Assembly: GCA_963825135.1 (NCBI GenBank)
Contig: CAWGRW010000009.1
Coordinates: forward strand, 2,144,001-2,208,000
From: an uncultured bacterium
GTDB lineage: Bacteria; Desulfobacterota_D; UBA1144; Nemesobacterales; UBA2774
DNA: 64,000 nucleotides
Direction: 5' to 3'
Shown here: positions 41,176 through 51,699 of the stretch, piece after piece
Position numbering within the stretch: position 1 is the first letter of the stretch
Layout: each line of letters starts with the position of its first letter
The notes under the pieces: generated by a model
Told to the model about the DNA's origin: nothing
Database searches by the model: none
What the model saw: only the letters and a program-made list of their open reading frames with translations
Translations under genes and position numbers: made by a program

Positions 41176-41788
41176 CGGAGAGGGGTTTTACGCGGAGCAC
41201 GGGAAGCGTCTATTCGACCTCGTGCTCGCCGTACCGCTTCTCATAGTCCTTTCGCCGGCCCTCTGCGTGATAGCGCTCCTGATCCGGCGCGGCAGCCCGG
41301 GGCCCGTCTTCTTTACGCAGGAGCGGATGGGCAGGAACGGGGGCGCGTTCACGCTCTACAAGTTCAGGACCATGACCGGGAACGCGGCGGGGGAGGGCCC
41401 GCAGGTCACTTCACGGGGCGACCCGAGGATTACGGGGATAGGGAGGGTGCTCCGGAGATATAAGCTCGACGAGCTTCCTCAGCTGCTTAATGTCATAAAG
41501 GGCGACATGAGCCTCGTAGGCCCGAGGCCCGAGGTCAAAAAATACGCCGACGCGTTTCGGGAGGACTACTCGTCCATTTTGAAAATCAGTCCGGGCATCA
41601 CCGACTACGCCGCGCTCGAGTACAGGAACGAAGAGGAGATACTCGCGGGGTACGCAGACATAGAGGACGCATACACGCGGGTGATTCTTCCGGGCAAGAT
41701 CGCGCTCTACAAGAAATACATCGACGAGATGGGGTTTATGGCAGACCTGAAAATCCTTTTCAGAACCATGCTGGAGGTCGTCAAATGA
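41150..41788 (+). CDS. initiating phosphoglycosyl transferase (PglC-like)
   Basis: KRLFD, YKFRTM, DELPQLLNV.KGDMSLVGPRP. Confidence 0.92.
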   Translation: MSRQNTAYNGEGFYAEHGKRLFDLVLAVPLLIVLSPALCVIALLIRRGSPGPVFFTQERMGRNGGAFTLYKFRTMTGNAAGEGPQVTSRGDPRITGIGRVLRRYKLDELPQLLNVIKGDMSLVGPRPEVKKYADAFREDYSSILKISPGITDYAALEYRNEEEILAGYADIEDAYTRVILPGKIALYKKYIDEMGFMADLKILFRTMLEVVK

Positions 41789-43704
41789 TCAGAACGTCCA
41801 TACTGCGCTTCATCGAGAAAAACTACAAGCACAAACCGCTTCTGGCCGTGATCGCGGAGGTGCTCATTTTCACGGGCATACTGTTCGCGTCCTACTGGAT
41901 AAGACTGGGCGGCATAAAGGCGAGCTACCTGCCCCAGATCCTGTTCCTCACCGCCGTATACATACCCATAAAGCTCTTCGTATTCTGGGCGTTCAGGCTC
42001 TACAGGGTTTCGTTCAGGTACTTTTCGCTTTTCGACCTCATCGAGGTCCTTAAAGCCGCCGTAGTCTCCGCTGCGTTCCTTTCCGTTATCGGAATGGTGT
42101 TCAGGGATTTCCCCGTGATGGAGAGCTATCCGAGGTCTGTCGTCTTCATCGACCTCCTCCTTACGTTCCTCGCCTCCGCGGGACTCCGTTTCGGGTACAG
42201 GATATTCTATACCTCCAATTACGGGTATCACGGCGGAATGAGGGTGCTCATCGCGGGAGCGGGGGACGCGGGCGTACGCCTTCTGAAAGAGATGCGGACG
42301 ACCTCGCGGCAGAACTCCTCATACATACCGGTAGCGTTCATCGACGACGACCCGGCGAAGACCGGGAGCATCATCCGGGGCACGAGGGTCGCGGGGAACA
42401 GGACGGACATCCCGAGGCTCGTAAAGGAGCTCGACATCGCGGGGCTGATAATCTCGATCCCTTCGGCTTCCGCCTCACAGGTAAGCGGTATAATCGAGTA
42501 TGCGAGGAGCGCGGGCGTAGAGCATATAAAGATTATGCCGTGTATCTCGGATGTGCTCGCGGGTAAGGTCACGATGGGCGATTTCAAGGAGGCTACGGCG
42601 GACGATTTTCTGGGAAGGGACTCGGTCAAATCGGAGATGGGCGGCATAGCCGCATATATAAAAGGCAAACGCGTCATGGTTACCGGGGCCGGGGGATCGA
42701 TAGGGTCGGAGCTATGCAGACAGGTTTCGAGCTTCGAGCCGGGGCTCCTGATAATGCTCGACGTGGGGGATACGGAGCTGTTCTATATCAATCAGGAGAT
42801 GCGGGATACGCTGAATCGGGTCCCCTCGGTCCCGGTAATCGCGGACGTGAAGGACCCGGTCGCGATGAAAGAAGTCTTCGATACCCATTCACCCGAGGTC
42901 GTATTCCACGCAGCGGCATACAAGCACGTCCCGCTTCTCGAAAACAGCCCCAGGGAAGCCGTTCTCAACAATATCGAGGGCACGAAAGTCACCGCACTGC
43001 TTTCCTCGGGCTTCGGCGTTGAGAAGTTCGTTTTTATCTCAACGGATAAGGCCGTTAACCCGACAAGCGTTATGGGGGCCACTAAGCGCGTCTCCGAGAA
43101 CATGCTCAGGGAGATAAACGGCGGCACCGAGTTCGTCTCGGTGCGGTTCGGCAATGTGCTCGACTCGAGGGGCAGCGTCATACCGATATTCAGGGACCAG
43201 GTGAGGAGGGGAGGGCCCGTGACGGTGACTCACCCCGACATGACGCGCTATTTCATGAGCATACACGAAGCGGTTTACCTCGTCCTTCAGGCGGGCGCTC
43301 TGGGGAGGGGAGGGGAGGTCTTCGTGCTCGACATGGGAGAGCCGGTCAGGATACTCGACCTCGCGCATAACATCATCCGGTTCTTCGGACTCGAGCCCGA
43401 CAAGGACGTGCCCATCGTTTTCACGGGGCTGAGGCCCGGGGAGAAGCTCTTCGAGGAGATACTCACCGCGGAGGAAGGAACGACCGTCACGAAGAGTAAA
43501 AAGATATTCATAGCGAACGACAGGAACCATTTCGGAAAGGAGTACATAGAGGAAGTGAAAGAGCTTATACGCGAAGCGCGGAGGGGCGCGCAGCGCGGGG
43601 TCCTGATGCACATGCTGAAAGAGCTCGTCCCGACGTATCAGGTCGAGCTGCCCGAGGCGGGGTACAGGGGGTTCGTGAAACTGAAATCGACCGCGGCAAG
43701 GTGA
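41785..43704 (+). CDS. UDP-GlcNAc 4,6-dehydratase (CapD/PglF/WbpM family)
   Basis: N-terminal TMs, TGAGGSIGSEL, AAAYKHVP, STDKAV, RFGNVL.SRGSV. Confidence 0.93.
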   Translation: MIRTSILRFIEKNYKHKPLLAVIAEVLIFTGILFASYWIRLGGIKASYLPQILFLTAVYIPIKLFVFWAFRLYRVSFRYFSLFDLIEVLKAAVVSAAFLSVIGMVFRDFPVMESYPRSVVFIDLLLTFLASAGLRFGYRIFYTSNYGYHGGMRVLIAGAGDAGVRLLKEMRTTSRQNSSYIPVAFIDDDPAKTGSIIRGTRVAGNRTDIPRLVKELDIAGLIISIPSASASQVSGIIEYARSAGVEHIKIMPCISDVLAGKVTMGDFKEATADDFLGRDSVKSEMGGIAAYIKGKRVMVTGAGGSIGSELCRQVSSFEPGLLIMLDVGDTELFYINQEMRDTLNRVPSVPVIADVKDPVAMKEVFDTHSPEVVFHAAAYKHVPLLENSPREAVLNNIEGTKVTALLSSGFGVEKFVFISTDKAVNPTSVMGATKRVSENMLREINGGTEFVSVRFGNVLDSRGSVIPIFRDQVRRGGPVTVTHPDMTRYFMSIHEAVYLVLQAGALGRGGEVFVLDMGEPVRILDLAHNIIRFFGLEPDKDVPIVFTGLRPGEKLFEEILTAEEGTTVTKSKKIFIANDRNHFGKEYIEEVKELIREARRGAQRGVLMHMLKELVPTYQVELPEAGYRGFVKLKSTAAR

Positions 43705-43760
43705 CGTCAGCCGCGTAAAGTAATCGCTCCAGCGTGAGCCGGCGCGATTTCATTAGCCAT

Positions 43761-43814
43761 AGAGAGGCCAGGGCTGTGATACCTCAGACCACACGCCCGC
43801 GGCCTCTTTTTTTT
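43761..43814 (+). terminator. intrinsic terminator after the polysaccharide locus
   Basis: AGAGGCC..GGCCTCT stem followed by a T run. Confidence 0.65.
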
Positions 43815-43863
43815 ATTGACCGGATTCAGTCCGCCGCTTCGCGCCCCCCCCTGTTGAAGTGCC

Positions 43864-44013
<150 letters not shown>

Positions 44014-44320
44014 GTTTAAGACAGTTACTACCCTTCCAACGCACTGTGATTATTTGATGTTTGATTTCCCAATACCCCGATAAATACGACACTCCCAATT
44101 ATCACACTAGAAAACAACTAGAAGGACACACTATAACTATTAGTGTGAAGAATAACAAGAGTGTTCTGCACACCATCCGGTAGTGGGTCATTTTGAAATT
44201 TATGGGGGGGCAAGGGGAAGTGAGGTTGATAAATAATGATTACAGTGAATAGAAAATGATTGCAAAAGGCTACAGCGTGTCGTAAAATCAGTATATATTG
44301 ACCTAAGTGAGGATGATAAA

Positions 44321-44811
44321 ATGTTCAATCTCTGTGTTTTCTCTATAGTTTTCGTACTAACAGGCCTTATGATGCTCGTAGGTTTCGGGGAAGAAGCCTT
44401 TGGGCAGGGTGCGTGTAGTGCAGTTGCAATAAAAGAGGCCCCGGGAGGCAGCGGTGTCCAATTTCCATTCGAGGTCACATCGGACGGTAAGGAGCCTTTT
44501 ATTGCTAATATAGTCGGTGGAGGCTCGGATGGAGCACTTTTAATTCGAACGTTAGTGTGACCGAGCTGCCGTTAGCGGGATGGCAGCTCTCAGACATAGA
44601 ATGCGAGAATACGGGCGCGACAACATTTGAGATTACGGATAACGGTTTCACGGCCACATGTGACGGTGGCGGCGACGTCACCTGCGCTTTCACGAACGTG
44701 AGTGCTGTTTCGGAATTTCCGACTCTATCTGAGTGGGGGATGATCGCTATGGCTGGTATTTTGGGGATAGCTGGATTTATGGTTATACGCAGAAAGAGAG
44801 CAGTTGCATAA
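44321..44811 (+). CDS. IPTL-CTERM protein, frameshifted near 44535
   Basis: Two ORFs join into a close paralog of 59540..60037; C-terminal FPTLSEWGMIAMAGILGIAGFMVIRRKR. Confidence 0.8.
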
Positions 44812-44855
44812 AGACATGGGATTTTACAATATCAATGTTTAAGGGGAGCCTCGGC

Positions 44856-45362
44856 ATGAAAAGAACTAACAGTTCTCTCAAAATACTTTCTGGTATTTTT
44901 GTTGTTGCGTTAATTATGATGATTTTTCCCAAATTGGGAGTATCCCAATCAGCTACTCTTGGTTGTTGTTATGATCATGATGCTAACAAATGTGTGGGAT
45001 GTGTCGGTAATTGCTCATTATCTGAAGAGTTGTGCGGTTCAAATTCATGGTATGTAAATGGGGATGAAGGTTATAAATGTGTTTTAGTACCTCCCGATCA
45101 GGATCAATCCTGTGAACCGGCTTCTGGTCTGGGTTGCTGTGAATATAATGAGAGAAACTGTGCAGACGATGTTGATTTCTCAGCTTGTAATGGAGTGGGT
45201 GAGGCTTGGTTCGAAAAGGAATCATGTTCCAATGTCTCCCAATGTTTGAAACTGGTACAAGCCCCAATACCAACACTGACACAATGGGGCTTCATTGCGC
45301 TGGGTGGAATATTGGTTTTAACAAGTTTATATGCGATCCGTCGCAGAATAGCGAATACATAA
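44856..45362 (+). CDS. Cys-rich IPTL-CTERM protein
   Basis: Signal peptide, two LGCC..C repeats, IPTLTQWGFIALGGILVL..IRRR. Confidence 0.85.
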   Translation: MKRTNSSLKILSGIFVVALIMMIFPKLGVSQSATLGCCYDHDANKCVGCVGNCSLSEELCGSNSWYVNGDEGYKCVLVPPDQDQSCEPASGLGCCEYNERNCADDVDFSACNGVGEAWFEKESCSNVSQCLKLVQAPIPTLTQWGFIALGGILVLTSLYAIRRRIANT

Positions 45363-45381
45363 ATAGGACCGATAAATTTAG

Positions 45382-45410
45382 AAAAAGGGAGCCGAAGCTC
45401 CCTTTTTTTT
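45382..45410. terminator. bidirectional intrinsic terminator
   Basis: AAAAA-GGGAGC-CGAA-GCTCCC-TTTTTTTT. Confidence 0.85.
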
Positions 45411-45551
45411 GATACTTCTAACATTCATTATTCCAAGTAAATCTATTCAAAGCATTTGTGGATCAGTACAATAGCACCAATCTTCATTATTATGGAACTT
45501 TCGCTTAGAATCGAATATAATATAAAATTATTAATCGGAGTGAATCAGATT

Positions 45552-46022
45552 ATGGCAGGTGGAAAAGAGTTAGTTGAAAGTGATGTTGTGGATATTTCGA
45601 ATTACATTTCCCTGAAACAGTTCCCCCCGAAATTGCGTAAATTGGGAAAATATTTACTCCAAAGTGATCAACCCGTAACTATTATGGATGCTTGTAAGGC
45701 TATTGATGTGAAGTATGATAGCATTAGAAGTATGATTTATAAATCTAAACAAAATGGTAATGATTTCAATAGGTTTATAGCAGAACAAGCCGACATGATA
45801 CTTCATGCGGGGAAGGCAGAAGTTTACAAGGCCCTTCAGAAAGGAGCGGTTTCCGAAACGAGTACGAGCCATAATGATAGAAAAACCTACTTTCAGCTCA
45901 CCGGAGATTTGAAAGAGAACGCAAATATAAACACATCAATTACCCTTGCTATTGGTATTAATGTGAATGGAGTAATCCCCCAAGACGATCGGGAAAAGGG
46001 ACAATCGACATTGAGCCGATAA
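45552..46022 (+). CDS. HTH protein resembling phage terminase small subunits
   Basis: N-terminal HTH (TIMDACKAIDVKYDSI), then VYKAL..GA....DRKTYFQLTG helices; judged by recognition only. Confidence 0.5.
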   Translation: MAGGKELVESDVVDISNYISLKQFPPKLRKLGKYLLQSDQPVTIMDACKAIDVKYDSIRSMIYKSKQNGNDFNRFIAEQADMILHAGKAEVYKALQKGAVSETSTSHNDRKTYFQLTGDLKENANINTSITLAIGINVNGVIPQDDREKGQSTLSR

Positions 46023-46574
46023 TCCCGGCCGGGAAGTAGTTACAACAATTGTAATAAAAAATAGAACGTCCTAGAAGTATATTTATGTAAAGTGTACCGT
46101 AATCATTACATAATTATCTGACATTCTGCGCTGTTCACTACAATCCTTGTTTGACCTGTTAGCGGTATCTAGTTATATCAACTACTTATCCTAACCCGAC
46201 CTGTTAGCAAACCATACCGAACACGCCCAGGCGGGAGATCGTCCTGTCACCCCGGCGTAAAATGTCATTGGTGAGTTGATGGATAACTCCAAGGGCTTTT
46301 ATTTATTTTCCGGCTTGTTCCTTTGGAATATTTTTATACCCCCCCTTCTATTTTTTAGGGGCAGGGTGGGGTGTACCCCCGCCGCCCTACCTGGCCAGGG
46401 GGCGAGCAAGGGGGGTGGGAGTACAGGCGTAGGGTCCCATAGACGTACGGTTAAGATAAAAAATACTCAGGGTATTCAAATTAATAATTATGCTAAATTG
46501 ATGTTAAGCCATTGAAATTTAAAGTTAGTTCATGGTAAAGATAGAATAGATGTTGACCGAAGGGGGATATTAAT

Positions 46575-46874
46575 ATGAAAGAAAATGCTGGTTGCATATT
46601 CTACGTCATATATCTATTAATGGGTCTTGTCCAAATTTTCGCAATAGTAAAAGGTGTACAAATATGGTTTGGCCTGGAAGTGATATTGTCGTTTATTGTG
46701 GCTATTCTAATTACCTATATTCCAATCGTTGGTACAGTTGCCGGAATAATAGGCGCTTCAAAAGGATGGGGATGGAGCTATACTTGGGCGATTTTATTCT
46801 TTGGATGGCCCTACCTAATTTATCTAATTTTAATTTTATCTGTAGGGGTCAGTGATTTATTTCGTAGGAAATAG
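46575..46874 (+). CDS. small membrane protein
   Basis: 99 aa, 3 hydrophobic segments, RBS. Confidence 0.7.
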   Translation: MKENAGCIFYVIYLLMGLVQIFAIVKGVQIWFGLEVILSFIVAILITYIPIVGTVAGIIGASKGWGWSYTWAILFFGWPYLIYLILILSVGVSDLFRRK

Positions 46875-46941
46875 CTTTAGAGAAATACTTAAAAAGCTTC
46901 TTGTGTGAATATGAATCCTGACTTAATCTAAGACATAGGTC

Positions 46942-47613
46942 ATGTGTGGTCGGTTCGCACGTTCTACGGACAAGGAAGAGTTACAAAAGCGGTTCGGGTT
47001 CGATGATCCGAGTGGGATTCTTTTAAAACCGCGATACAACATAGCTCCATCTCAAATGCACCCCGTTGTGATTGTAGAACACGATCATAGAGTCCTTAAA
47101 TTGATGAAGTGGGGATTAGTGCCATTCTGGTCTAAAGATGAGAAAATCGGATACAAGATGATTAATGCCCGTTCAGAAGGAATTGAGAGTAAGCCCAGTT
47201 TCAGGGACCCATTCAAGAAAAGAAGGTGTCTGGTCTTATCTGATGGTTTCTATGAGTGGAAAAAGGTTGACGTTAAAACCAAAGTACCATACTTCATCAG
47301 GCTTAAATCAGGGGAGCCTTTTGCCTTCGCCGGTCTATGGGATACATGGGACAAGGGAAAAGAACCCCTTGATTCCTTCACCATAATCACAACCGAAAAC
47401 AATGAATTGATGGAGCCTATACATAACCGGATGCCCGTAATCCTGCATGAGAAGGATGAAGGGTTATGGCTCGATCCCGAGCTCAAGGACCCTGTGAAAA
47501 TAATACCCCTTCTTAAACCTTACCCGTCAGAAGAAATGGAACTATACGCAGTCTCTACGGTCGTAAATTCACCTAAGAATGACGTTCCGGATTGTATCGA
47601 GCCTGTATCTTAA
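46942..47613 (+). CDS. SOS response-associated peptidase (SRAP/YedK/HMCES family)
   Basis: MCGRF N-terminus, YNIAP, WGLVP, INARSE, HNRMPVIL. Confidence 0.95.
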   Translation: MCGRFARSTDKEELQKRFGFDDPSGILLKPRYNIAPSQMHPVVIVEHDHRVLKLMKWGLVPFWSKDEKIGYKMINARSEGIESKPSFRDPFKKRRCLVLSDGFYEWKKVDVKTKVPYFIRLKSGEPFAFAGLWDTWDKGKEPLDSFTIITTENNELMEPIHNRMPVILHEKDEGLWLDPELKDPVKIIPLLKPYPSEEMELYAVSTVVNSPKNDVPDCIEPVS

Positions 47614-47626
47614 ATAGGAGAGTGAT

Positions 47627-48064
47627 ATGAGAATAACAGACATTGGAATTATGGACTTATCGCAAACCCAAAGCCTACCCTTAGCAAAGGTAAGAATCCC
47701 TTGTGGTACTGGTTTCCCTTCACCAGCCGATGATTATTTGGAAGAAAGGCTGGACTTGAATAAGCACCTGATTAAGCATCCAGCGGCGACGTATTACGCC
47801 CGCGCGGAAGGGGATAGCATGATAGGCGCGGGTATTTACCCTGGGGATATACTCATCGTTGATAAGGCCATTGATGAAGTAAAGGACAGAGTAATAGTTG
47901 CCTGGTTAAATGGGGAGTTCACGGTTAAGAGATACTACATAGATGACAGACTGGGGAAGGTTTATTTAGTTCCGGAAAACCCGCAATATTACCCCCACGA
48001 AATTACCCCGGAGATGGATTTTATGATCTGGGGAGTTGTAACTTACAACATTCACAAGCTATAA
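47627..48064 (+). CDS. umuD: UmuD-like S24 autopeptidase
   Basis: GFPSPADDY, GDSM (catalytic Ser), EFTVKR (catalytic Lys). Confidence 0.93.
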   Translation: MRITDIGIMDLSQTQSLPLAKVRIPCGTGFPSPADDYLEERLDLNKHLIKHPAATYYARAEGDSMIGAGIYPGDILIVDKAIDEVKDRVIVAWLNGEFTVKRYYIDDRLGKVYLVPENPQYYPHEITPEMDFMIWGVVTYNIHKL

Positions 48065-48066
48065 AG

Positions 48067-48712
48067 ATGGATAATATCTGGTTAGAAAGGGTTGGGATTA
48101 TAATGAATTGTCTAGCTGGTTTCATGATAGCACCGGAGCTTATAGGAGATATAAGATTAATTAGGCTTAGTGATTGGATGCAAAAGTTCGTTAAAAAAAT
48201 ACAAGAATATCTTATCTGGGGACAACAAAATAATTGGACTGTTAGACAGGATTTCTTAATATCATATATGCTCCGATTAAATCCGCAACGAAAAAATCAA
48301 TCCCTACATACACAATATACCGTAGGATATACATTATTATTAATATTCTCTCTAACTTTATGGGCGGTAATATGGCTTTTCGTTCATTTATACGTTGAAA
48401 ACAATATCTTACTTTTGTACGCTTTTTGCGCATATAATACTTTTGTCCTTATTTCCATAATACTACTTCCACGAATAGCTGGTATATGGTCACCAGCCCG
48501 TCGTTTAGCAAGTCTCATATCTAACTCAGCCGAATTATACAGTGGGCTTGGTGTTGCTACTCTATATTTATTATCCGATGTCCTAAATTTAATACTCAAG
48601 TTTTTGTTTCATCAAGTCACACAGCATAAGTTTAGACATTTCGCTTGTTGCCGTTGGAATTGTAATGTATTTAGTGGGGAACCTACTCCAACTCGTTGCG
48701 ACATTCAAATAA
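48067..48712 (+). CDS. AT-rich membrane protein between umuD and umuC (probable frameshift near the 3' end)
   Basis: Several TM segments; an alternative frame supplies a final helix ISLVAVGIVMYLVGNLLQLVATFK*. Confidence 0.55.
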
Positions 48713-48728
48713 TATAAAGAGTAAGACT

Positions 48729-49991
48729 ATGAGGACTTATTATGCTCTGGTTGATTGCAACAATTTCTACGTATCCTGCGAACGGGTCTTTAATCCCGCT
48801 TTGAATGGTAAGCCTGTAATTGTTCTATCAAACAACGACGGCTGCGCAGTAGCTCTATCGAATGAAGCTAAACAGTACGTCGAAATGGGAGCTCCTATCT
48901 TCGAGCATATGGACATTGTGAGAAAGAACAGTATACAACTGTTTTCCAGCAATTATACTCTTTACGCGGATATGTCGCGCCGGGTGTATGAAGTATTGGC
49001 CGACTTCTCCCCGAACATTGAGAACTATTCTATTGATGAATCGTTCCTTTCCCTAGAAGGCTTTGAAAAACGCGATCTAACCTATTATGGAAGGGAGATA
49101 AGGGCGAAGGTTCTCAGGTGGACAGGAATCCCCGTATCAGTGGGAATCGCTCCTACAAAGACGCTGGCGAAGATCGCAAATAAACTGGCTAAAAAGAATA
49201 AGATGTGTCAAGGGGTATTGGATATAACAAATCACCCCAGGATCGATGATTTCCTTGCAAGCGTGGACGTGGGGGATGTTTGGGGGGTAGGCTGGCAATA
49301 TACCAGGCTTTTAAAAAGGCATGGGATAAACACAGCGCTCGATCTCAGAAACGCCCGTGACGGGTTTATAAGAAAGCATATGACGGTACAGGGCTTAAGG
49401 ACGGCTTGGGAGCTACGCGGGGAATCCTGCATTGAGTTGGAAGAAGTAACCCCGGACAAGAAGCAGATCGTGAGCTCGCGGTCATTCGGTAAGGACGTGG
49501 GAGAGTACAGAGAACTTTCTGAAGCAATAGCCACCTACGCAACCCGAGCGGCTGAAAAGCTACGGTCCCAAAACTCCATATGCGGTCATATATCCGTATG
49601 GATAGAAACCAACCGCTTTAAACCCAAGAACCCACAATACAGTAATGCAATCAGCTGTAGATTGCCGGAGCCAACGGCGTTTACTCCAATGCTTATAAAA
49701 TATGCCCTTTACCTGCTCAAGCGAATCTATCGAGACGGCTACGGGTACAAGAAAGCTGGGGTAGCGCTATTAGACATAGTTCCAGCCAATGAGACTCAGC
49801 TCAATCTTTTTATGAAAATTCACCACACTAAGAACAAAAACCTGATGTCGGCAATGGATAGCATTAATTCACAGTGGGGTAGGGAAACAGTAAGGTCGGG
49901 GGCATCGGGTTATGAAAGGCCGTGGGGTATGAAAAGGGCGATGTTATCAAAGAGATATACAACTAGATGGGGTGAATTACTGGAGGTTTAA
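48729..49991 (+). CDS. umuC: Y-family DNA polymerase UmuC
   Basis: ALVDCNNFYVSCE, SNNDGC, YSIDE, C-terminal W.MKR..LS..YTTRW. Confidence 0.95.
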   Translation: MRTYYALVDCNNFYVSCERVFNPALNGKPVIVLSNNDGCAVALSNEAKQYVEMGAPIFEHMDIVRKNSIQLFSSNYTLYADMSRRVYEVLADFSPNIENYSIDESFLSLEGFEKRDLTYYGREIRAKVLRWTGIPVSVGIAPTKTLAKIANKLAKKNKMCQGVLDITNHPRIDDFLASVDVGDVWGVGWQYTRLLKRHGINTALDLRNARDGFIRKHMTVQGLRTAWELRGESCIELEEVTPDKKQIVSSRSFGKDVGEYRELSEAIATYATRAAEKLRSQNSICGHISVWIETNRFKPKNPQYSNAISCRLPEPTAFTPMLIKYALYLLKRIYRDGYGYKKAGVALLDIVPANETQLNLFMKIHHTKNKNLMSAMDSINSQWGRETVRSGASGYERPWGMKRAMLSKRYTTRWGELLEV

Positions 49992-50003
49992 TAGGAGCGA
50001 ATT

Positions 50004-50937
50004 ATGTATGAAAAACCATATGACATTGTTAAAAGAGAGTTCAATAATAAAGAATTTGTGGGTTATCTTGAACTAGTATCTGGCAAGCTCGACCTACTTG
50101 TGAATTTTGGCTCATGGTTGTTTATGTGGTGTTCTAAAGATAATAGATTATTACCTGATGAGAAAATTGTATTATTGCTTATATTACGCAGAGTCTTAGA
50201 ATTGACCGACGCTATTTCTATTCTGATTAAGAAATCTTCAATTGACTCATGCAAGATATTGCTCAGATCATTATTAGAAACATATTTTGAGACGGAGTAT
50301 CTATTGAGCAAAGAGTCGGATAAAAGATCAAAATGCTACATAGTATGGTACTTGAATCAAGTATTAAAGTTAAAATACAGTTTCGCTCCGGAATCGAAAG
50401 AAGGTAAATTGTTTTATGAAGCTGTTAATCAAGATAAGTTTATAAATCGTATGACTCCGTTTAAGCCGGGAAAACTTAGATCGAATAATATCAGAACATA
50501 TCAATTTACTAAATGAATATGATGATATTAACGATGAGTATAACAAGACTCTAATGAAACAAAAGGGAAGATATTTTCCTTGGTATGCAATGTTTAATGG
50601 GCCAACTAATTTTAGGGATTTATCCGCTGTTGTTAATTTATTAGGATTATATGAACTATTGTTTCGTTATCTATCTAAATCAACTCACAATTCGGACATA
50701 TTTGAAGGTGTATTGAGAGAATCTGAAATTGAGAACTTTATTAATGTAGTACAGATACGATCCCCAAAAGATTTACAATTTGTAAAAACTTACACGTTTA
50801 CATTCGCATTGGGAATTTATAATTTATTGATCGATAAATTTTTTCCAAATAGTTTATATGCGAAACAACAACTAGGTTATTTCTATGAAAAAGAACTCAA
50901 AGATTTCTATACTGGGAATGTGAAGATTAATATGTAA
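50004..50937 (+). CDS. DUF5677-like helical protein, frameshifted near 50500
   Basis: ILLRSLLE motif in the first ORF; WY..F....L......Y..LS..TH motif in the second. Confidence 0.6.
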
Positions 50938-50968
50938 AATTACAAATTTAAACCAAAGTAGTAATTTT

Positions 50969-51193
50969 CTATGACGTACATTCTCCTTCGCAGGATTCAT
51001 ATTCGTCTTTAGCATCGTCGATACAACTTTTTAGCATAGAATCATCGTCTGGATCATCACCCCACATTATCTTGCAACTATCTACTTCTGATTCGTATTC
51101 GTTTTTACAATCAGTAATACATCCGGCCATTACCGGGATAGCTAGATAATCGAGAGCTATTAATATCGAACTTACGAGAATTATGTATTTCAT
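50969..51193 (-). CDS. small secreted Cys-rich protein
   Basis: Signal peptide plus 6 Cys in an acidic mature region. Confidence 0.65.
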   Translation of the reverse strand: MKYIILVSSILIALDYLAIPVMAGCITDCKNEYESEVDSCKIMWGDDPDDDSMLKSCIDDAKDEYESCEGECTS

Positions 51194-51359
51194 ATTGATT
51201 CAACAATGCCACAGTTTAATGTAACTCGCAAATGATGCTAAGTAATTCTATATTTCCATAATAGATGATATATTGATAATTAACTATTTGCATAGTTGAA
51301 TCGAAGGAAGTAATATTTGTTTTATAATGGCACATTAGAACAGATTTCTACTGCTTTTT

Positions 51360-51689
51360 GTGTTCATATTATTACTGCCAGCTACCTGCCTACACGCATC
51401 AGAAAGACCTGACTTCGATTCATACGAAGAAGCAATTGTTTGGGTTCGCGGTAATAATAATTTCACAAAGGATTCGGTGGATACTTCCAAGAGCTCCTGG
51501 ATCAGAGCAGCCGAATATTATACCGATAGTTCGGGGGATGGTTTTCTTAACTTGAATATGAAAGGACAAGAATACATTTGGGAAGGTGTACCGATAGATA
51601 TTTGTAAGGGCTTCAAGAATGCTGATTCATTCGGGAAATATTATCATCGGTATATAAAGGGGAAATATTATATGGAGTTGGGGAATTGA
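51360..51689 (+). CDS. KTSC-domain protein with hydrophobic leader
   Basis: SSWIRAAEY..L.LNM...Y...GVP......F.NADSFGKYYHRYIKG. Confidence 0.75.
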   Translation: MFILLLPATCLHASERPDFDSYEEAIVWVRGNNNFTKDSVDTSKSSWIRAAEYYTDSSGDGFLNLNMKGQEYIWEGVPIDICKGFKNADSFGKYYHRYIKGKYYMELGN

Positions 51690-51699
51690 GTACGAATAT

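Noticed and set aside
46875..46941. LexA box upstream of SRAP-umuDC
   Set aside because: No convincing match to the LexA motifs I know; the lineage-specific motif is unknown.
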